Below are positions 52,118 to 63,443 of a stretch of DNA of 64,000 nucleotides, one piece after another. The stretch spans positions 4,993-68,992 of the forward strand of contig QFQW01000006.1 in NCBI GenBank assembly GCA_003248755.1. The letters run 5' to 3'. Position numbers and translations under genes: made by a program. Below the pieces are notes generated by a model. The model saw nothing but the letters and a program-made list of their open reading frames with translations, was not told where the DNA came from and searched no databases. The stretch is from Chryseobacterium sp. Its GTDB lineage: Bacteria > Bacteroidota > Bacteroidia > Flavobacteriales > Weeksellaceae. Positions within the stretch are counted from its first letter, which is position 1. Every line of letters starts with the position of its first letter.

Positions 52118-52594
52118 TTATTTTCCGAGGTAAGAGTTATACATCCATACTTCTTTTTCTTGTTCTGTAATGTAATCGCTCATTTGGGAATTGGTTCCTT
52201 CGTCACCCGCTTTATCTGTAATGTCGAGAAGTTCTCTTTGAAGATCAATTACAACTTTGAAAGAATTTAGAATAATTTCCACACTCTTATTACCGTCGCT
52301 TACTTCTTTGCTTTCTTTGATTGTAGAAACAGTTAAGTAATCAGAGTAATTATGAGCAGGAGTTGCTCCCAATGTCAAGATTCTTTCTGCGATCTCATCA
52401 ATTTTCAAAACCAAACTGTTATATAACTCCTCAAATTTCGGATGAAGTGTGAAAAATTGTTCTCCTTTTATATTCCAATGAGAACCTCTTGTATTCTGAT
52501 AAAAAACAGAGTAGTTAGCTAATAAAATATTTAATTTTTCCGCGATTTTTTTGCAATCGGCTTCTTTGAGTACAATTAATGCTGCATTTTTCAT
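52118..52594 (-). CDS. dps: Dps-family DNA-protection/ferritin-like protein
   Basis: YQNTRGSHWNIKGEQFFTLHPKFEELY and DEIAERI ferroxidase-site blocks. 158 aa. Confidence 0.85.
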   Translation of the reverse strand: MKNAALIVLKEADCKKIAEKLNILLANYSVFYQNTRGSHWNIKGEQFFTLHPKFEELYNSLVLKIDEIAERILTLGATPAHNYSDYLTVSTIKESKEVSDGNKSVEIILNSFKVVIDLQRELLDITDKAGDEGTNSQMSDYITEQEKEVWMYNSYLGK

Positions 52595-52683
52595 TTTTTA
52601 AACAATTTTATCCATAGTATTATTAATAATTATGCCAAATCATAGAATCTTAATATCGAGAAAAAATGATTTTTTTCATCAAC

Positions 52684-53568
52684 TTATTTTATAATATCTA
52701 TTGCTTTTCTCACTTCGATATTATCAGGTTGTTGTTTAGGGCATTTTTGAACACCATTTGGATATTTGTCCTTTATAAAATCATTATAGTCTTCACAGTT
52801 TTTGAAAATATTAAACTCCTGATTTTTATAATCCCAAACAATTCCTTTTCCGGTATTTAACGTTCCCGCCAAAACTCCACCGGCAGCTCCAGCATTGTAA
52901 GCCAATCCTTTTGCCCAGACATTGGCTAAAGCAGCTTCTGTGTATAAGTAATTGTCTCCGCCAAATAAAACCTTAACGAAACTGTTAGGAAAATCAGAAG
53001 TCTGAGCTCTGTCTGTTTTGTTTCGGTTTGTCAATATAGCAGCAATGTTGAAATACAGGCTACCATGATAAACAACTGCAAATACATCTTTCAGCTTTTT
53101 GTCGGAATTAAAATCATAGAAAAAACATTCGGAGACACTATCATCTACCAACTCCTTTGTGAAGCCAATCAAACCTTTTTTGGAAAGTTTTTGGTTTTTA
53201 GAAGGTGTTTTTTTTATAAAATCTTCTTTTGTAGTGTATATTCCTTCCGGGTAATCGGTTTTTGCAGTGTTTTCTTTACCTGCATTAGAACTGCTTGGCT
53301 GAAAAGTTTCTCCTGTTATAGAAGTGAATTTTGGGTCAGACTCCGATACTTCTTCTATGTTTTTAATGGAATTGTCAAATAACTCTTCCATTTCCTTGTT
53401 TGTTGCGTTTAGATAATGAGCTTTACCGTTTTTGTCCCAAGTTAAATCCTTAAAAGCGATGATTTCATTGGTTGAAGTTGTAATAATACCTTCTTTGTAG
53501 TTTTTTTTCTCTTGTCCAAAAGTAAATGCAAATATAAAAATTGCTACAGGTAATAATATTTTTTTCAT
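52684..53568 (-). CDS. Secreted hypothetical protein
   Basis: Signal peptide MKKILLPVAIFIFAFTFGQ. No motif recognised. Confidence 0.45.
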   Translation of the reverse strand: MKKILLPVAIFIFAFTFGQEKKNYKEGIITTSTNEIIAFKDLTWDKNGKAHYLNATNKEMEELFDNSIKNIEEVSESDPKFTSITGETFQPSSSNAGKENTAKTDYPEGIYTTKEDFIKKTPSKNQKLSKKGLIGFTKELVDDSVSECFFYDFNSDKKLKDVFAVVYHGSLYFNIAAILTNRNKTDRAQTSDFPNSFVKVLFGGDNYLYTEAALANVWAKGLAYNAGAAGGVLAGTLNTGKGIVWDYKNQEFNIFKNCEDYNDFIKDKYPNGVQKCPKQQPDNIEVRKAIDIIK

Positions 53569-53662
53569 GATTGAAGATTAATAAATTGGTTTCTTGCAAA
53601 CATACAAAAAGCCTTATATACTTACACTGAGTAAATTAAAATTTTAAAATTTATATAACTGC

Positions 53663-53692
53663 TTGTGGATTAAAAAATTATTTATATTTTTG
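53663..53692 (+). promoter_or_regulatory. Candidate str-operon promoter
   Basis: TTG (53663-53665), 19-nt spacer, then TATTTTTG (53685-53692), 24 nt upstream of the rpsL ATG. Confidence 0.4.
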
Positions 53693-53716
53693 CACCCTAA
53701 AATAAAAAGCAATTAA

Positions 53717-54130
53717 ATGCCTACTATTCAACAATTAGTAAGAAAAGGAAGAGCCACGCTTGCCAAGAAGAGCAAATCGGCTGCCCTTGATTCTTGTCCA
53801 CAAAGACGAGGTGTATGTACTAGAGTATATACTACCACTCCTAAGAAACCTAACTCTGCACTTAGAAAAGTGGCAAGGGTAAGACTTTCAAACGGTAAAG
53901 AAGTTAACGCCTACATCCCGGGCGAAGGACATAATCTTCAAGAGCACTCGATAGTATTGGTAAGAGGCGGAAGGGTGAAAGACCTACCGGGAGTACGTTA
54001 CCACATCGTAAGAGGTGCATTGGACACTGCGGGTGTAAATGGAAGAACTCAGAGAAGATCTAAGTACGGTGCTAAGAGACCTAAACCAGGACAAGCTGCT
54101 GCAGCTCCTGCAAAAGGAAAGAAAAAATAA
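53717..54130 (+). CDS. rpsL: 30S ribosomal protein S12
   Basis: [12 protein letters not shown]...[16 protein letters not shown]...[15 protein letters not shown], the canonical S12 sequence. Confidence 0.97.
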   Translation: MPTIQQLVRKGRATLAKKSKSAALDSCPQRRGVCTRVYTTTPKKPNSALRKVARVRLSNGKEVNAYIPGEGHNLQEHSIVLVRGGRVKDLPGVRYHIVRGALDTAGVNGRTQRRSKYGAKRPKPGQAAAAPAKGKKK

Positions 54131-54152
54131 TCATTAAATAAGGTACAAAACA

Positions 54153-54629
54153 ATGAGAAAGACAAAAGCGAAAAAAAGACCGTTGTTACCAGATCCAAAG
54201 TTTAATGATCAATTGGTAACTAGATTTGTAAATAATTTGATGCTTGACGGTAAGAAGTCAATTGCGTTCAAAATATTCTATGATGCATTGGATATCGTAG
54301 AAACTAAAAAAGGTGAAACTGAAAAAACATCTCTTGAAATCTGGAAAGATGCATTAACAAATGTTATGCCTCACGTAGAAGTACGTTCTAGAAGAGTAGG
54401 TGGTGCTAACTTCCAGATTCCAATGCCAATCAGAGCAGATAGAAAAATTTCTATGGCAATGAAATGGTTAATCAAATATTCTAAGGCTAGAAATGATAAG
54501 TCTATGGCTTTGAAATTGGCTAACGAAGTTGTGGCTGCTTCTAGAGAAGAAGGTGCTGCTTACAAAAAGAAGAGTGATACTCACAAAATGGCGGAAGCTA
54601 ACAAAGCGTTTTCACACTTTAAATTCTAA
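54153..54629 (+). CDS. rpsG: 30S ribosomal protein S7
   Basis: [24 protein letters not shown]...A...; [15 protein letters not shown]; canonical S7. Confidence 0.97.
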   Translation: MRKTKAKKRPLLPDPKFNDQLVTRFVNNLMLDGKKSIAFKIFYDALDIVETKKGETEKTSLEIWKDALTNVMPHVEVRSRRVGGANFQIPMPIRADRKISMAMKWLIKYSKARNDKSMALKLANEVVAASREEGAAYKKKSDTHKMAEANKAFSHFKF

Positions 54630-54635
54630 TCTGAA

Positions 54636-56753
54636 ATGGGAAGAGATCTTAAATTTACAAGAAATATCGGTATTGCTGCGCACATTGATGCGGGTAAGAC
54701 TACCACTACAGAAAGAATTTTATTCTATACAGGTGTAAACCACAAAATTGGTGAGGTTCACGATGGTGCTTCTACAATGGACTGGATGGAGCAGGAAGCA
54801 GAAAGAGGTATTACAATTACTTCCGCTGCAACTACTTGTTCTTGGAACTTTCCAACAGACCAAGGAAAAGCTTTGCCAGAAACTAAACCTTACCACTTCA
54901 ACATCATCGATACACCGGGACACGTTGACTTCACAGTAGAAGTGAACAGATCTTTGAGAGTATTGGATGGATTGGTATTCCTTTTCTCTGCAGTAGATGG
55001 AGTAGAGCCTCAGTCTGAAACAAACTGGAGACTTGCTGACAACTATAAAGTTGCGAGAATGGGATTTGTAAACAAAATGGACAGACAAGGTGCTGACTTC
55101 CTTAACGTGGTAAACCAAGTTAAGACAATGTTAGGATCTAATGCCGTTCCAATCGTTTTACCAATCGGTTCAGAAGAGGATTTCAAAGGTGTAGTTGACT
55201 TAATTAAAAACAGAGCGATCATCTGGGATGAAGCAGGACAAGGAGCTACTTTCGAAGTAGTGCCAATTCCTGAAGACATGAAAGCTGAAGTTCTGGAATA
55301 TAGAGAGAAACTAGTAGAAGCTGTTGCTGACTACGATGAGACTTTGATGGAGAAATTCTTCGAAGATCCGGATTCTATCTCTGAAGAAGAAATCAACGAA
55401 GCGCTTAGAAAAGCTACTATTGATTTATCTATTATCCCGATGACTTGTGGTTCTTCATTCAAGAATAAAGGAGTACAGTTTATGCTGGATGCAGTATGTA
55501 AATATTTGCCTTCTCCATTGGATAAAGATGATATCAAAGGTACTGACCCAAGAACTGATGCTGAAATCACAAGAAAACCATCTGTAGATGAGCCTTTCGC
55601 AGCTTTAGCATTTAAGATTGCTACCGATCCTTTCGTAGGAAGATTAGCATTCTTCAGAGCATACTCTGGAAGACTTGATGCTGGTTCTTATATCTTGAAC
55701 ACTCGTTCAGGTGATAAAGAAAGAATCTCAAGAATCTATCAGATGCATGCTAACAAGCAAAACCCGGTAGAATATATTGAAGCTGGAGATATTGGTGCAG
55801 CTGTTGGATTCAAATCTATCAAAACTGGTGATACAATGTGTGACGAGAAAAACCCGATCATTCTTGAATCGATGGTTTTCCCTGATCCGGTAATTGGTAT
55901 CGCTGTTGAGCCTAAAACTAAAGCTGACCAGGATAAAATGGGTAACGCTCTAGCTAAATTGGCTGAAGAAGATCCTACGTTTACGGTGAGAACTGACGAG
56001 GCTTCTGGACAAACGATCATCTCTGGTATGGGTGAGCTTCACTTAGATATCATTGTAGACCGTATGAAAAGAGAGTTCAAGGTTGAAGTAAATCAAGGAC
56101 AACCTCAGGTAGAGTACAAAGAAAACTTAACAAAAGTTGCCAGCCACAGAGAAGTTTACAAAAAGCAGTCTGGTGGTAAAGGTAAATTTGCTGACATTGT
56201 ATTTGAACTAGGACCTGCAGACGAGGGTAAAGTTGGTTTAGAATTCATCAATGAGATCAAAGGTGGTAACGTTCCTAAAGAATTTGTTCCTGCAATTGAA
56301 AAAGGCTTTAAAGCTGCAATGAAAAACGGTCCTTTGGCTGGTTTCGAAGTTGAAGGTATTAAAGTTACTCTTAAAGATGGATCTTTCCACGCAGTGGATT
56401 CTGATGCCCTTTCTTTTGAAATGGCTGCTAAATTAGGATTCAAAGAAGCGGGACGTGCTGCTAAGCCAGTAATCATGGAGCCTATTATGAAACTGGAAGT
56501 TGTAACTCCGGAAGAATATATGGGTAACATCATTGGTGACCTTAACAAGAGAAGAGGTACTATCAGTGGACAAGAAGAGAAGAACGGAGCTGTTGTTATC
56601 AAAGGTTCGGTTCCATTGTCTGAAATGTTTGGTTATGTTACTACTCTAAGAACACTTTCATCAGGAAGAGCTACTTCTTCTATGGAATTAGAGAAGTACC
56701 AAGCTACTCCGCAAAACGTTGCTGAAGATATCATTGCTAAAGCAAAAGGTTAA
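54636..56753 (+). CDS. fusA: Translation elongation factor G
   Basis: [33 protein letters not shown] and GELHLDI blocks. 705 aa. Confidence 0.97.
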   Translation: MGRDLKFTRNIGIAAHIDAGKTTTTERILFYTGVNHKIGEVHDGASTMDWMEQEAERGITITSAATTCSWNFPTDQGKALPETKPYHFNIIDTPGHVDFTVEVNRSLRVLDGLVFLFSAVDGVEPQSETNWRLADNYKVARMGFVNKMDRQGADFLNVVNQVKTMLGSNAVPIVLPIGSEEDFKGVVDLIKNRAIIWDEAGQGATFEVVPIPEDMKAEVLEYREKLVEAVADYDETLMEKFFEDPDSISEEEINEALRKATIDLSIIPMTCGSSFKNKGVQFMLDAVCKYLPSPLDKDDIKGTDPRTDAEITRKPSVDEPFAALAFKIATDPFVGRLAFFRAYSGRLDAGSYILNTRSGDKERISRIYQMHANKQNPVEYIEAGDIGAAVGFKSIKTGDTMCDEKNPIILESMVFPDPVIGIAVEPKTKADQDKMGNALAKLAEEDPTFTVRTDEASGQTIISGMGELHLDIIVDRMKREFKVEVNQGQPQVEYKENLTKVASHREVYKKQSGGKGKFADIVFELGPADEGKVGLEFINEIKGGNVPKEFVPAIEKGFKAAMKNGPLAGFEVEGIKVTLKDGSFHAVDSDALSFEMAAKLGFKEAGRAAKPVIMEPIMKLEVVTPEEYMGNIIGDLNKRRGTISGQEEKNGAVVIKGSVPLSEMFGYVTTLRTLSSGRATSSMELEKYQATPQNVAEDIIAKAKG

Positions 56754-56770
56754 TTTTTAAAGTACAAGAA

Positions 56771-57076
56771 ATGTCACAAAGAATCAGAATAAAACTAAAA
56801 TCTTACGATTACAACTTGGTAGACAAGTCTGCTGAGAAAATCGTAAAAACGGTAAAGGCTACTGGTGCTGTTGTAAACGGACCAATTCCATTGCCAACGA
56901 ACAAGAGAATCTTCACAGTGTTGAGATCTCCGCACGTAAACAAGAAAGCAAGAGAGCAGTTCCAATTATCAGCTCACAAGAGATTGATGGATATCTACTC
57001 TTCTTCTTCTAAAACTGTTGATGCTCTAATGAAATTAGAACTTCCTTCAGGAGTTGACGTAGAAATTAAAGTGTGA
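56771..57076 (+). CDS. rpsJ: 30S ribosomal protein S10
   Basis: IRIKLKSYD...[14 protein letters not shown]...HKRL.DI, canonical S10. Confidence 0.97.
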   Translation: MSQRIRIKLKSYDYNLVDKSAEKIVKTVKATGAVVNGPIPLPTNKRIFTVLRSPHVNKKAREQFQLSAHKRLMDIYSSSSKTVDALMKLELPSGVDVEIKV

Positions 57077-57101
57077 TAAATCGCATTTTGCTATGATACC
57101 T

Positions 57102-57131
57102 AAATCCCTTTTCGAAAGAAAGGGATTTTTT
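57102..57131 (+). terminator. Intrinsic terminator directly after rpsJ
   Basis: aaatcccttt-tcgaaag-aaagggattttttat. Confidence 0.7.
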
Positions 57132-57323
57132 ATGTTCCTACCTTAAATGTTAATTAAATTAAGATAGCTTAAAAAAAACTTAATAAAGTTTATTTAATAA
57201 ATTTATTGAAAATGAATTTTTGGATAGATAAATTAAATAGAATTGTTAAAATTTTATTATTATTTTAAAATTAATGAATTAATCTCAATAAAATATTAAA
57301 TTTGTCGCCTTAATTTTAAAAAT

Positions 57324-59609
57324 ATGAAGAAAATTTTAGTCACTTTGTTGTTCGCTGCGACACTTCCTATGGTAAGTGCACAGTGGCGCAAAACAGAAAT
57401 GCATGGCAGTAAGCTTAGAGCAACTGCAGATGATAAGTCTTATTATACTTTAGACCTGTCTCAATTGCGAAACCAATTATCATCAGCTCAAAGAATGAGA
57501 GAAGGAAATGGAGGAGTTGAAATCAGTATCCCAACAATAGATGGGAAGGCGGAAAGGTTCAAAGTTTTCAGTTTTCCGGTAATGGTAGACGAACTTGCGG
57601 AGAAATATCAGCTTGGATCATATTATGGTGTAAGTGTTTCTGATCCTACTGTTACAGTTAGATTTAGTGTTGCTCCCAACGATTTCCAATCTATGATGTT
57701 CAGAAATGGTGTTTCAGAATTTATTGAGCCTGCAAATACGGATAAAACAGTTTACGGTATCCATTATAAAACTGGAAAATCAGAAGCGAACGGGGTTTTC
57801 TGCTCTACAAAAGAGCCGGGGCGTGAAGATATGAGTCAACTGATTCAGCTAGGTAATGATTATGTAAATAGCCCAATGTTTACACAAAGGAGTTCTGATA
57901 AAAAATATAGAACATTGCGTTTGGCAATGTCCACTACCGCAGAATATGGCAACTTCTTTGGAGGAACAACTGCTGGTGCTTTGGCTCAAGTCAATGCAAC
58001 TTTAACAAGGGTAAACGGAGTGTTTGAAAAAGAGTTAGGTCTGCATTTGATTATGCAAAATTATCCATCTTTACTGTATTATGGTACAGTCACAGCGGAT
58101 CCCTATTCTACTGTAACGAGTGCTACTTCTCCTCCGGATGCTTGGAACACCCAATTAATGAATACTTTGCATTCTGTTGTGGGTGATGCCAATTTTGATA
58201 TAGGACATTTGTTCGGTGCTTCTGGTGGTGGTGGTAATGCAGGTTGTATTGGTTGTGTTTGTAGTAATACTCTCGCAATCGGGAATGGAACAGCTACAGA
58301 TACCTATAAAGGAGCAGGAATTACTTCTCCTGCTACAGGATCTAAAAATCCCTCGACAACATATCCGCCTTCCGGAGATAGTTTTGACATAGATTATGTA
58401 GCTCACGAGATGGGACACCAGCTTGGAGCTTATCATACATATAGCTGGTATGAGGGGACAGGTGTTAATTATGAACCAGGTTCGGGATCTACAATAATGG
58501 GATATGCAGGTATTACGGGAACTGATCTCGATGTTCAGGCTCATTCAGATGCATATTTCCATGTAGGAAGTATCGCAAATATACAGACAAATTTGGCGCT
58601 GGCTTCTAAAACTTGTGATATAGAAACTGCTATTACAAATAGTCCTCCTGTAATTAACACAATGCCTGCCTATACAATTCCGTTGAATACAGCTTTTGCA
58701 TTAACGGCTACAGCTACTGATCCTGATGGTGATGCTATGACTTACTGTTGGGAACAAGTAAACAGCTCTTCTTCTGCTATTGGCCAACCATGGGGGGCTG
58801 GTGCTGGTATTAGTAATAATACATCTTACGGAAGTGGCCATGTTTTAGGAACAACTGCTACAGGAGCTATGTTTCGTTCGTTAGCTCCGGTATCATCACC
58901 AACAAGATATTTTCCAACTCTTGGAACTGTATTAGGTGGTGCAGTGAAAAATTTGTCAATTTGGGAGTCAACTTCTTCAGTAGCAAGATCAACGATATTT
59001 AGAGTTACTGTTAGAGATTTAAATATAAGCAATCCACAAACTGCTTTTGCAAATCAAGTTGTAACGGTAGGTTCTGCTCCAGCATTTACAGTAAGTACCA
59101 CTTCATTATCAGCGGGTTCTAATTCAACTATTAATTGGGTACCTTCCGGAACAACAGCTTCGCCTTACAATGTTGCTAATGTGAAAATTGATTTCACATC
59201 TGATGGTGGTGAAACTTGGACAACTTTAGCAGAGTCTGTGCCTAATTCAGGGTCGGCTAGTGTTGTTGTGCCTTCATCATTGTCGGGTAAATCTGGACAT
59301 ATCAGAGTCTCTGCTATCGGTAATGTATTTTATGCTGTGAAAGCGGCTTCAGTTACAGATTTAGCAGTGTCTGATGTTAATAATACTAAATCTGTACAAG
59401 TTTATCCAAATCCGGTAAAAGAAGTGCTAAATGTATCTAATGCTTCTGCGACTTCATCTTACGAGATCTTCAATGCTGCAGGACAGCTGGTTTCTAAAGG
59501 AAATCTTGGAACTGGAAAAGTAGCAGTAAATAAATTAGCAAAAGGCGTTTACTTTATCAATATAGATGATAAAGGGACAGTTGTTAAGACTAAATTTATT
59601 AAAGAATAA
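57324..59609 (+). CDS. Reprolysin/M12B-like zinc metalloprotease with a T9SS C-terminal sorting domain
   Basis: HEMGHQLGAYH (HExxHxxGxxH). Signal peptide. C-terminal VYPNPVKEVLNV...GVYFINIDDKGTVVKTKFIKE Por tail. Confidence 0.8.
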   Translation: MKKILVTLLFAATLPMVSAQWRKTEMHGSKLRATADDKSYYTLDLSQLRNQLSSAQRMREGNGGVEISIPTIDGKAERFKVFSFPVMVDELAEKYQLGSYYGVSVSDPTVTVRFSVAPNDFQSMMFRNGVSEFIEPANTDKTVYGIHYKTGKSEANGVFCSTKEPGREDMSQLIQLGNDYVNSPMFTQRSSDKKYRTLRLAMSTTAEYGNFFGGTTAGALAQVNATLTRVNGVFEKELGLHLIMQNYPSLLYYGTVTADPYSTVTSATSPPDAWNTQLMNTLHSVVGDANFDIGHLFGASGGGGNAGCIGCVCSNTLAIGNGTATDTYKGAGITSPATGSKNPSTTYPPSGDSFDIDYVAHEMGHQLGAYHTYSWYEGTGVNYEPGSGSTIMGYAGITGTDLDVQAHSDAYFHVGSIANIQTNLALASKTCDIETAITNSPPVINTMPAYTIPLNTAFALTATATDPDGDAMTYCWEQVNSSSSAIGQPWGAGAGISNNTSYGSGHVLGTTATGAMFRSLAPVSSPTRYFPTLGTVLGGAVKNLSIWESTSSVARSTIFRVTVRDLNISNPQTAFANQVVTVGSAPAFTVSTTSLSAGSNSTINWVPSGTTASPYNVANVKIDFTSDGGETWTTLAESVPNSGSASVVVPSSLSGKSGHIRVSAIGNVFYAVKAASVTDLAVSDVNNTKSVQVYPNPVKEVLNVSNASATSSYEIFNAAGQLVSKGNLGTGKVAVNKLAKGVYFINIDDKGTVVKTKFIKE

Positions 59610-59628
59610 TAATTCTAAAGCAACATTA

Positions 59629-59668
59629 CAAAGAAAAAGACCTTCTATTTTGAAGGTCTTTTTCTTTG
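59629..59668 (+). terminator. Intrinsic terminator
   Basis: caaagaaaaagaccttc-tatttt-gaaggtctttttctttg (17-bp stem). Confidence 0.7.
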
Positions 59669-59708
59669 TATGATAAGATGTTTATTTAATTAACTTTGAA
59701 AATAAAAA

Positions 59709-60152
59709 ATGAACAATAAAAATCTTTTCGAGAAATTCTCAAATTGGGCGACTAATTTTACCGGAAGCTCATATGCTTTTATAGGAGCGACGTCTATTGT
59801 TATAATCTGGGCGATATGCGGACCTGTTTTCAATTATTCAGAAACTTGGCAATTGATTATTAATACAGGAACAACTATTATTACTTTCTTGATGGTCTTT
59901 CTTATACAAAAAGCTCAGAATAAGGATAGTAAAGCCATTCAATTAAAATTGAATGAACTTATTGCTGCAAGTAGGCAAGCTAGTAATAGAATGGTTGATA
60001 TAGAAGATTTAACCGAAAAAGAACTGGATCAACTCCATCGGTATTTTGTGAAAATTGCAGAATTATCCAAGCAAGAAGGTAATATACACAAGTGTTATTC
60101 TATAGATGCCGCCGTTGAAAAACATAAACTTAAAAATGAAGAAAAACTCTAA
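59709..60152 (+). CDS. Low-affinity iron permease-family membrane protein
   Basis: FSNWATNFTGSSYAFIGA...WQLIINTGTTIITFLMVFLIQKAQNKDSKAIQLKLNELI matches the family's conserved core as I recall it. Confidence 0.7.
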   Translation: MNNKNLFEKFSNWATNFTGSSYAFIGATSIVIIWAICGPVFNYSETWQLIINTGTTIITFLMVFLIQKAQNKDSKAIQLKLNELIAASRQASNRMVDIEDLTEKELDQLHRYFVKIAELSKQEGNIHKCYSIDAAVEKHKLKNEEKL

Positions 60153-60245
60153 GTGTTAAATTATATGCTTACGATATTATCCAACAAGTCTATTTGTTCA
60201 TAATTCTGTAACTAACAAAAAATCAAATAATTTCTGTGAAAATAT

Positions 60246-60275
60246 TTGCCATTATGAAAAATATCCTTACATTTG
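60246..60275 (+). promoter_or_regulatory. Candidate promoter for the rplC-led (S10-type) operon
   Basis: TTG (60246-60248), 19-nt spacer, then TACATTTG (60268-60275), about 100 nt upstream of rplC. Confidence 0.4.
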
Positions 60276-60374
60276 CACACTCATTTTAGGGAAGGAGTAT
60301 GCCTATTTCAAACATAGAATATGACGAAAACCGCTAAAATGCTGAAGTGAAATATAATAGATATATAATAAATA

Positions 60375-61001
60375 ATGTCAGGTATTATTGGTAAAAAAAT
60401 CGGTATGACATCTTTGTTTGACGAAGCAGGGAAAAATATTCCTTGTACGGTTATTCAAGCTGGTCCATGCTCGGTTTTACAGGTCAGAACCGAAGAAGTT
60501 GACGGATATGTTGCTGTTCAACTAGGTTTCGATGACAAGAGTGAGAAGAACGTTGGTAAAGCGTTAGCTGGTCATTTCAAAAAGGCTGGTTCAACTCCTA
60601 AAGCTAAGTTGGTAGAATTCAGAAATGCATTCGAGCACGAAGTAAAAACAGGAGATAAGGTAGAAGTTGATATGTTTGCAGAAGGTGAGTATGTGGATGT
60701 AACAGGTACTTCTAAAGGTAAAGGTTTCCAAGGTGTTGTTAAAAGACACGGATTTGGAGGTGTAATGCAAGCTACTCACGGTCAGCACAACAGACTTAGA
60801 GCTCCAGGTTCTATCGGTGCTGGATCGGATCCTTCAAGAGTATTCAAAGGAATGAGAATGGCTGGTAGAATGGGAGGTAAGCAGGTAACTGTTCAAAACC
60901 TTCAAGTGTTAAAAGTTGATCAAGAACAAAATCTTTTAGTGGTAAAAGGTGCTGTTCCGGGAGCTAAAAATTCTTATGTAATTATCAAGAAATGGAACTA
61001 G
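60375..61001 (+). CDS. rplC: 50S ribosomal protein L3
   Basis: [12 protein letters not shown]...G...P.TVI; [14 protein letters not shown]; canonical L3. Confidence 0.97.
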   Translation: MSGIIGKKIGMTSLFDEAGKNIPCTVIQAGPCSVLQVRTEEVDGYVAVQLGFDDKSEKNVGKALAGHFKKAGSTPKAKLVEFRNAFEHEVKTGDKVEVDMFAEGEYVDVTGTSKGKGFQGVVKRHGFGGVMQATHGQHNRLRAPGSIGAGSDPSRVFKGMRMAGRMGGKQVTVQNLQVLKVDQEQNLLVVKGAVPGAKNSYVIIKKWN

Positions 61002-61621
61002 TAGTATTAAATACATCAGGAAAAGAAACCGGAAGAAAAGTAACTCTTGACGAATCAGTATTCGGAATTGAGCCAAATCAGCATGCGGTTTACTTAGAGG
61101 TTAAACAATACCTTGCTGCTCAAAGACAAGGTACTCATAAATCAAAAGAAAGAAGCGAAATTACTGCTTCTACAAGAAAACTTAAGAAACAAAAAGGTTC
61201 AGGATCTGCGAGATATGGTGATATCAAGTCACCAACTTTCAAAGGTGGAGGTAGAGTTTTTGGTCCAAAACCAAGAGACTACAGATTCAAATTGAACAAA
61301 GCGCTTAAGAGATTAGCTAAAAAATCTGTTCTTTCTCAAAAATTGAAAGATAACAGTATTAAAGTTTTGGAGAATTTGAGTTTTGATGCTCCTAAGACTA
61401 AAGAATTCATCACTGTATTGAATGCTTTAGAACTTACTGGGAAAAAGTCATTGTTCATTATTCCTGAAGCAAATAAGAATGTGTATTTATCTTCAAGAAA
61501 CTTGCCTAAAACAAGGGTTTTAAATTATAATGAAATTTCTTCTTATGATTTGATCAATGCAGGTGAGATTGTTTTCTTTGAAGGTGCAGTAGAAAAATTC
61601 CAGGACAACTTAAAGAAATAA
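60992..61621 (+). CDS. rplD: 50S ribosomal protein L4
   Basis: Canonical L4 blocks ([26 protein letters not shown]). Overlaps rplC by 10 nt. Confidence 0.97.
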   Translation: MELVVLNTSGKETGRKVTLDESVFGIEPNQHAVYLEVKQYLAAQRQGTHKSKERSEITASTRKLKKQKGSGSARYGDIKSPTFKGGGRVFGPKPRDYRFKLNKALKRLAKKSVLSQKLKDNSIKVLENLSFDAPKTKEFITVLNALELTGKKSLFIIPEANKNVYLSSRNLPKTRVLNYNEISSYDLINAGEIVFFEGAVEKFQDNLKK

Positions 61622-61624
61622 ATC

Positions 61625-61915
61625 ATGTCAGTTATTATTAAACCAGTTATTTCAGAAAAGGCAAACTATCTTACAGATTTAAGAGGTGCTTATTCTTTCT
61701 TGGTTGCTCCAAAAGCAAACAAGATCCAAATCAAAGGTGCTATTGAGGCAGCTTACGGTGTAAAAGTAGCAGACGTTAGAACCATGATTTATGCGCCTAG
61801 AGTTTCTTCTAAATACACGAAAAAAGGACTTCAAGTTGGGAAAACTAACAAATTGAAAAAGGCAGTTGTAACATTGGCTGCTGGAGAAGTTATTGATATT
61901 TTCGCAACAAATTAA
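61625..61915 (+). CDS. rplW: 50S ribosomal protein L23
   Basis: IKPVISEKA...F.V...ANK..IK.A.E..Y.VKV..V.T; canonical L23. Confidence 0.97.
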   Translation: MSVIIKPVISEKANYLTDLRGAYSFLVAPKANKIQIKGAIEAAYGVKVADVRTMIYAPRVSSKYTKKGLQVGKTNKLKKAVVTLAAGEVIDIFATN

Positions 61916-61934
61916 TTAATCATAAATAATAGTA

Positions 61935-62756
61935 ATGTCTGTTAGAAAATTAAAACCTATCACCCCGGGACAGAGATTCAGAGTTGTTAATAACTTTGAG
62001 GAAATTACTACCAACAAACCAGAGAAGTCTCTAACTGTTGGTATTAGTAAGTCAGGTGGACGTAACCAAACTGGTAAAATGACCATGCGTTACACCGGCG
62101 GTGGACACAAAAAGAAATACAGAATTATCGACTTCAAAAGAAATAAACATGACGTTGAAGCTACGGTAAAAACTGTAGAGTATGATCCAAACAGAACTGC
62201 ATTCATCGCTTTAGTAGAGTATGCAGATGGAGAGAAAAGATATATCATCGCTCCAAACGGGATCAAAGTTGATCAGAAAATTGTTTCTGGAGAAACTGCT
62301 GAGCCTAATGTAGGTAATGCTATGAAATTGAAAAACATTCCTTTGGGAACTGTGATTTCTTGTATCGAAATGAAGCCTGGTCAAGGTGCTATTTTGGCAA
62401 GAAGTGCTGGATCTTCAGCTCAATTAACTTCAAGAGATGGAAAGTATGCAATCATCAAGTTGCCTTCTGGAGAGTCTAGAATGATTCTTACTGAATGTAT
62501 GGCAATGATTGGATCTGTTTCTAATTCTGATCACCAATTAACTGTATCAGGTAAGGCTGGTAGAAGCAGATGGTTGGGTAGAAGACCAAGAACAAGACCA
62601 GTAGTAATGAACCCGGTTGATCACCCAATGGGAGGTGGTGAAGGACGTTCTTCTGGAGGTCACCCAAGATCTAGAAACGGTAAGCCGGCTAAAGGTTACA
62701 AAACTAGAAAGAAAAACAAAGTGTCTAACCGTTACATCGTATCTAAAAGAAAATAA
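61935..62756 (+). CDS. rplB: 50S ribosomal protein L2
   Basis: KPITPG.R...GGGHK..YR.IDFKR; [13 protein letters not shown]; canonical L2. Confidence 0.97.
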   Translation: MSVRKLKPITPGQRFRVVNNFEEITTNKPEKSLTVGISKSGGRNQTGKMTMRYTGGGHKKKYRIIDFKRNKHDVEATVKTVEYDPNRTAFIALVEYADGEKRYIIAPNGIKVDQKIVSGETAEPNVGNAMKLKNIPLGTVISCIEMKPGQGAILARSAGSSAQLTSRDGKYAIIKLPSGESRMILTECMAMIGSVSNSDHQLTVSGKAGRSRWLGRRPRTRPVVMNPVDHPMGGGEGRSSGGHPRSRNGKPAKGYKTRKKNKVSNRYIVSKRK

Positions 62757-62758
62757 TT

Positions 62759-63037
62759 ATGGCAAGATCACTTAAAAAAGGACCATTCATTCATCATACT
62801 TTAGATAAGAAGGTTCAGGCAAATGTAGAGTCTGGTAAAAAGACTGTAATAAAAACTTGGTCTAGAGCGTCTATGATTTCTCCAGACTTTGTTGGACAAA
62901 CTATAGCTGTACACAATGGGAAATCTTTTATCCCTGTTTATGTTACAGAAAACATGGTAGGTCACAAGTTAGGCGAATTTTCTCCGACAAGATCTTTCAG
63001 AGGTCACGGTGGTAACAAAAATAAAGGAGGTAGATAA
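62759..63037 (+). CDS. rpsS: 30S ribosomal protein S19
   Basis: ARSLKKGPF...[35 protein letters not shown]; canonical S19. Confidence 0.97.
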   Translation: MARSLKKGPFIHHTLDKKVQANVESGKKTVIKTWSRASMISPDFVGQTIAVHNGKSFIPVYVTENMVGHKLGEFSPTRSFRGHGGNKNKGGR

Positions 63038-63039
63038 TC

Positions 63040-63435
63040 ATGGGATCAAGAAAAAGAGAAAGTGCATTAGCACGTAAAATAGCAAACCAAGATGTGGCAA
63101 AAGCGTTACATAACGATTGCCCATCTTCTCCAAGAAAAATGAGATTAGTTGCTGATATCATTAGAGGAGTAGAGGTAGAAAAAGCTTTATCTATTCTTAA
63201 ATATTCTAAGAAAGATGCTTCTAATAAATTAGAAAAAGTATTGCTTTCTGCTATTGCAAACTGGCAATCAAAAAACGAAGGCGCTGATATTGAAGAGGCT
63301 AACCTTATCGTGAAAGAAATATTTGTAGACAGTGCAAGACAATTGAAGAGACTAAGACCTGCTCCACAAGGTAGAGGTTACAGAATCAGAAAAAGATCAA
63401 ACCACATTACATTAATCTTAGGTACTAAAAATTAA
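63040..63435 (+). CDS. rplV: 50S ribosomal protein L22
   Basis: [20 protein letters not shown]; [19 protein letters not shown]; canonical L22. Confidence 0.97.
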   Translation: MGSRKRESALARKIANQDVAKALHNDCPSSPRKMRLVADIIRGVEVEKALSILKYSKKDASNKLEKVLLSAIANWQSKNEGADIEEANLIVKEIFVDSARQLKRLRPAPQGRGYRIRKRSNHITLILGTKN

Positions 63436-63443
63436 TTCAAGGT

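Noticed and set aside
54529-54738. A 69-aa ORF bridging the rpsG 3' end and the fusA 5' end, and 54748-54939 inside fusA.
   Set aside because: They are out of frame with two universally conserved genes and show no independent signals.
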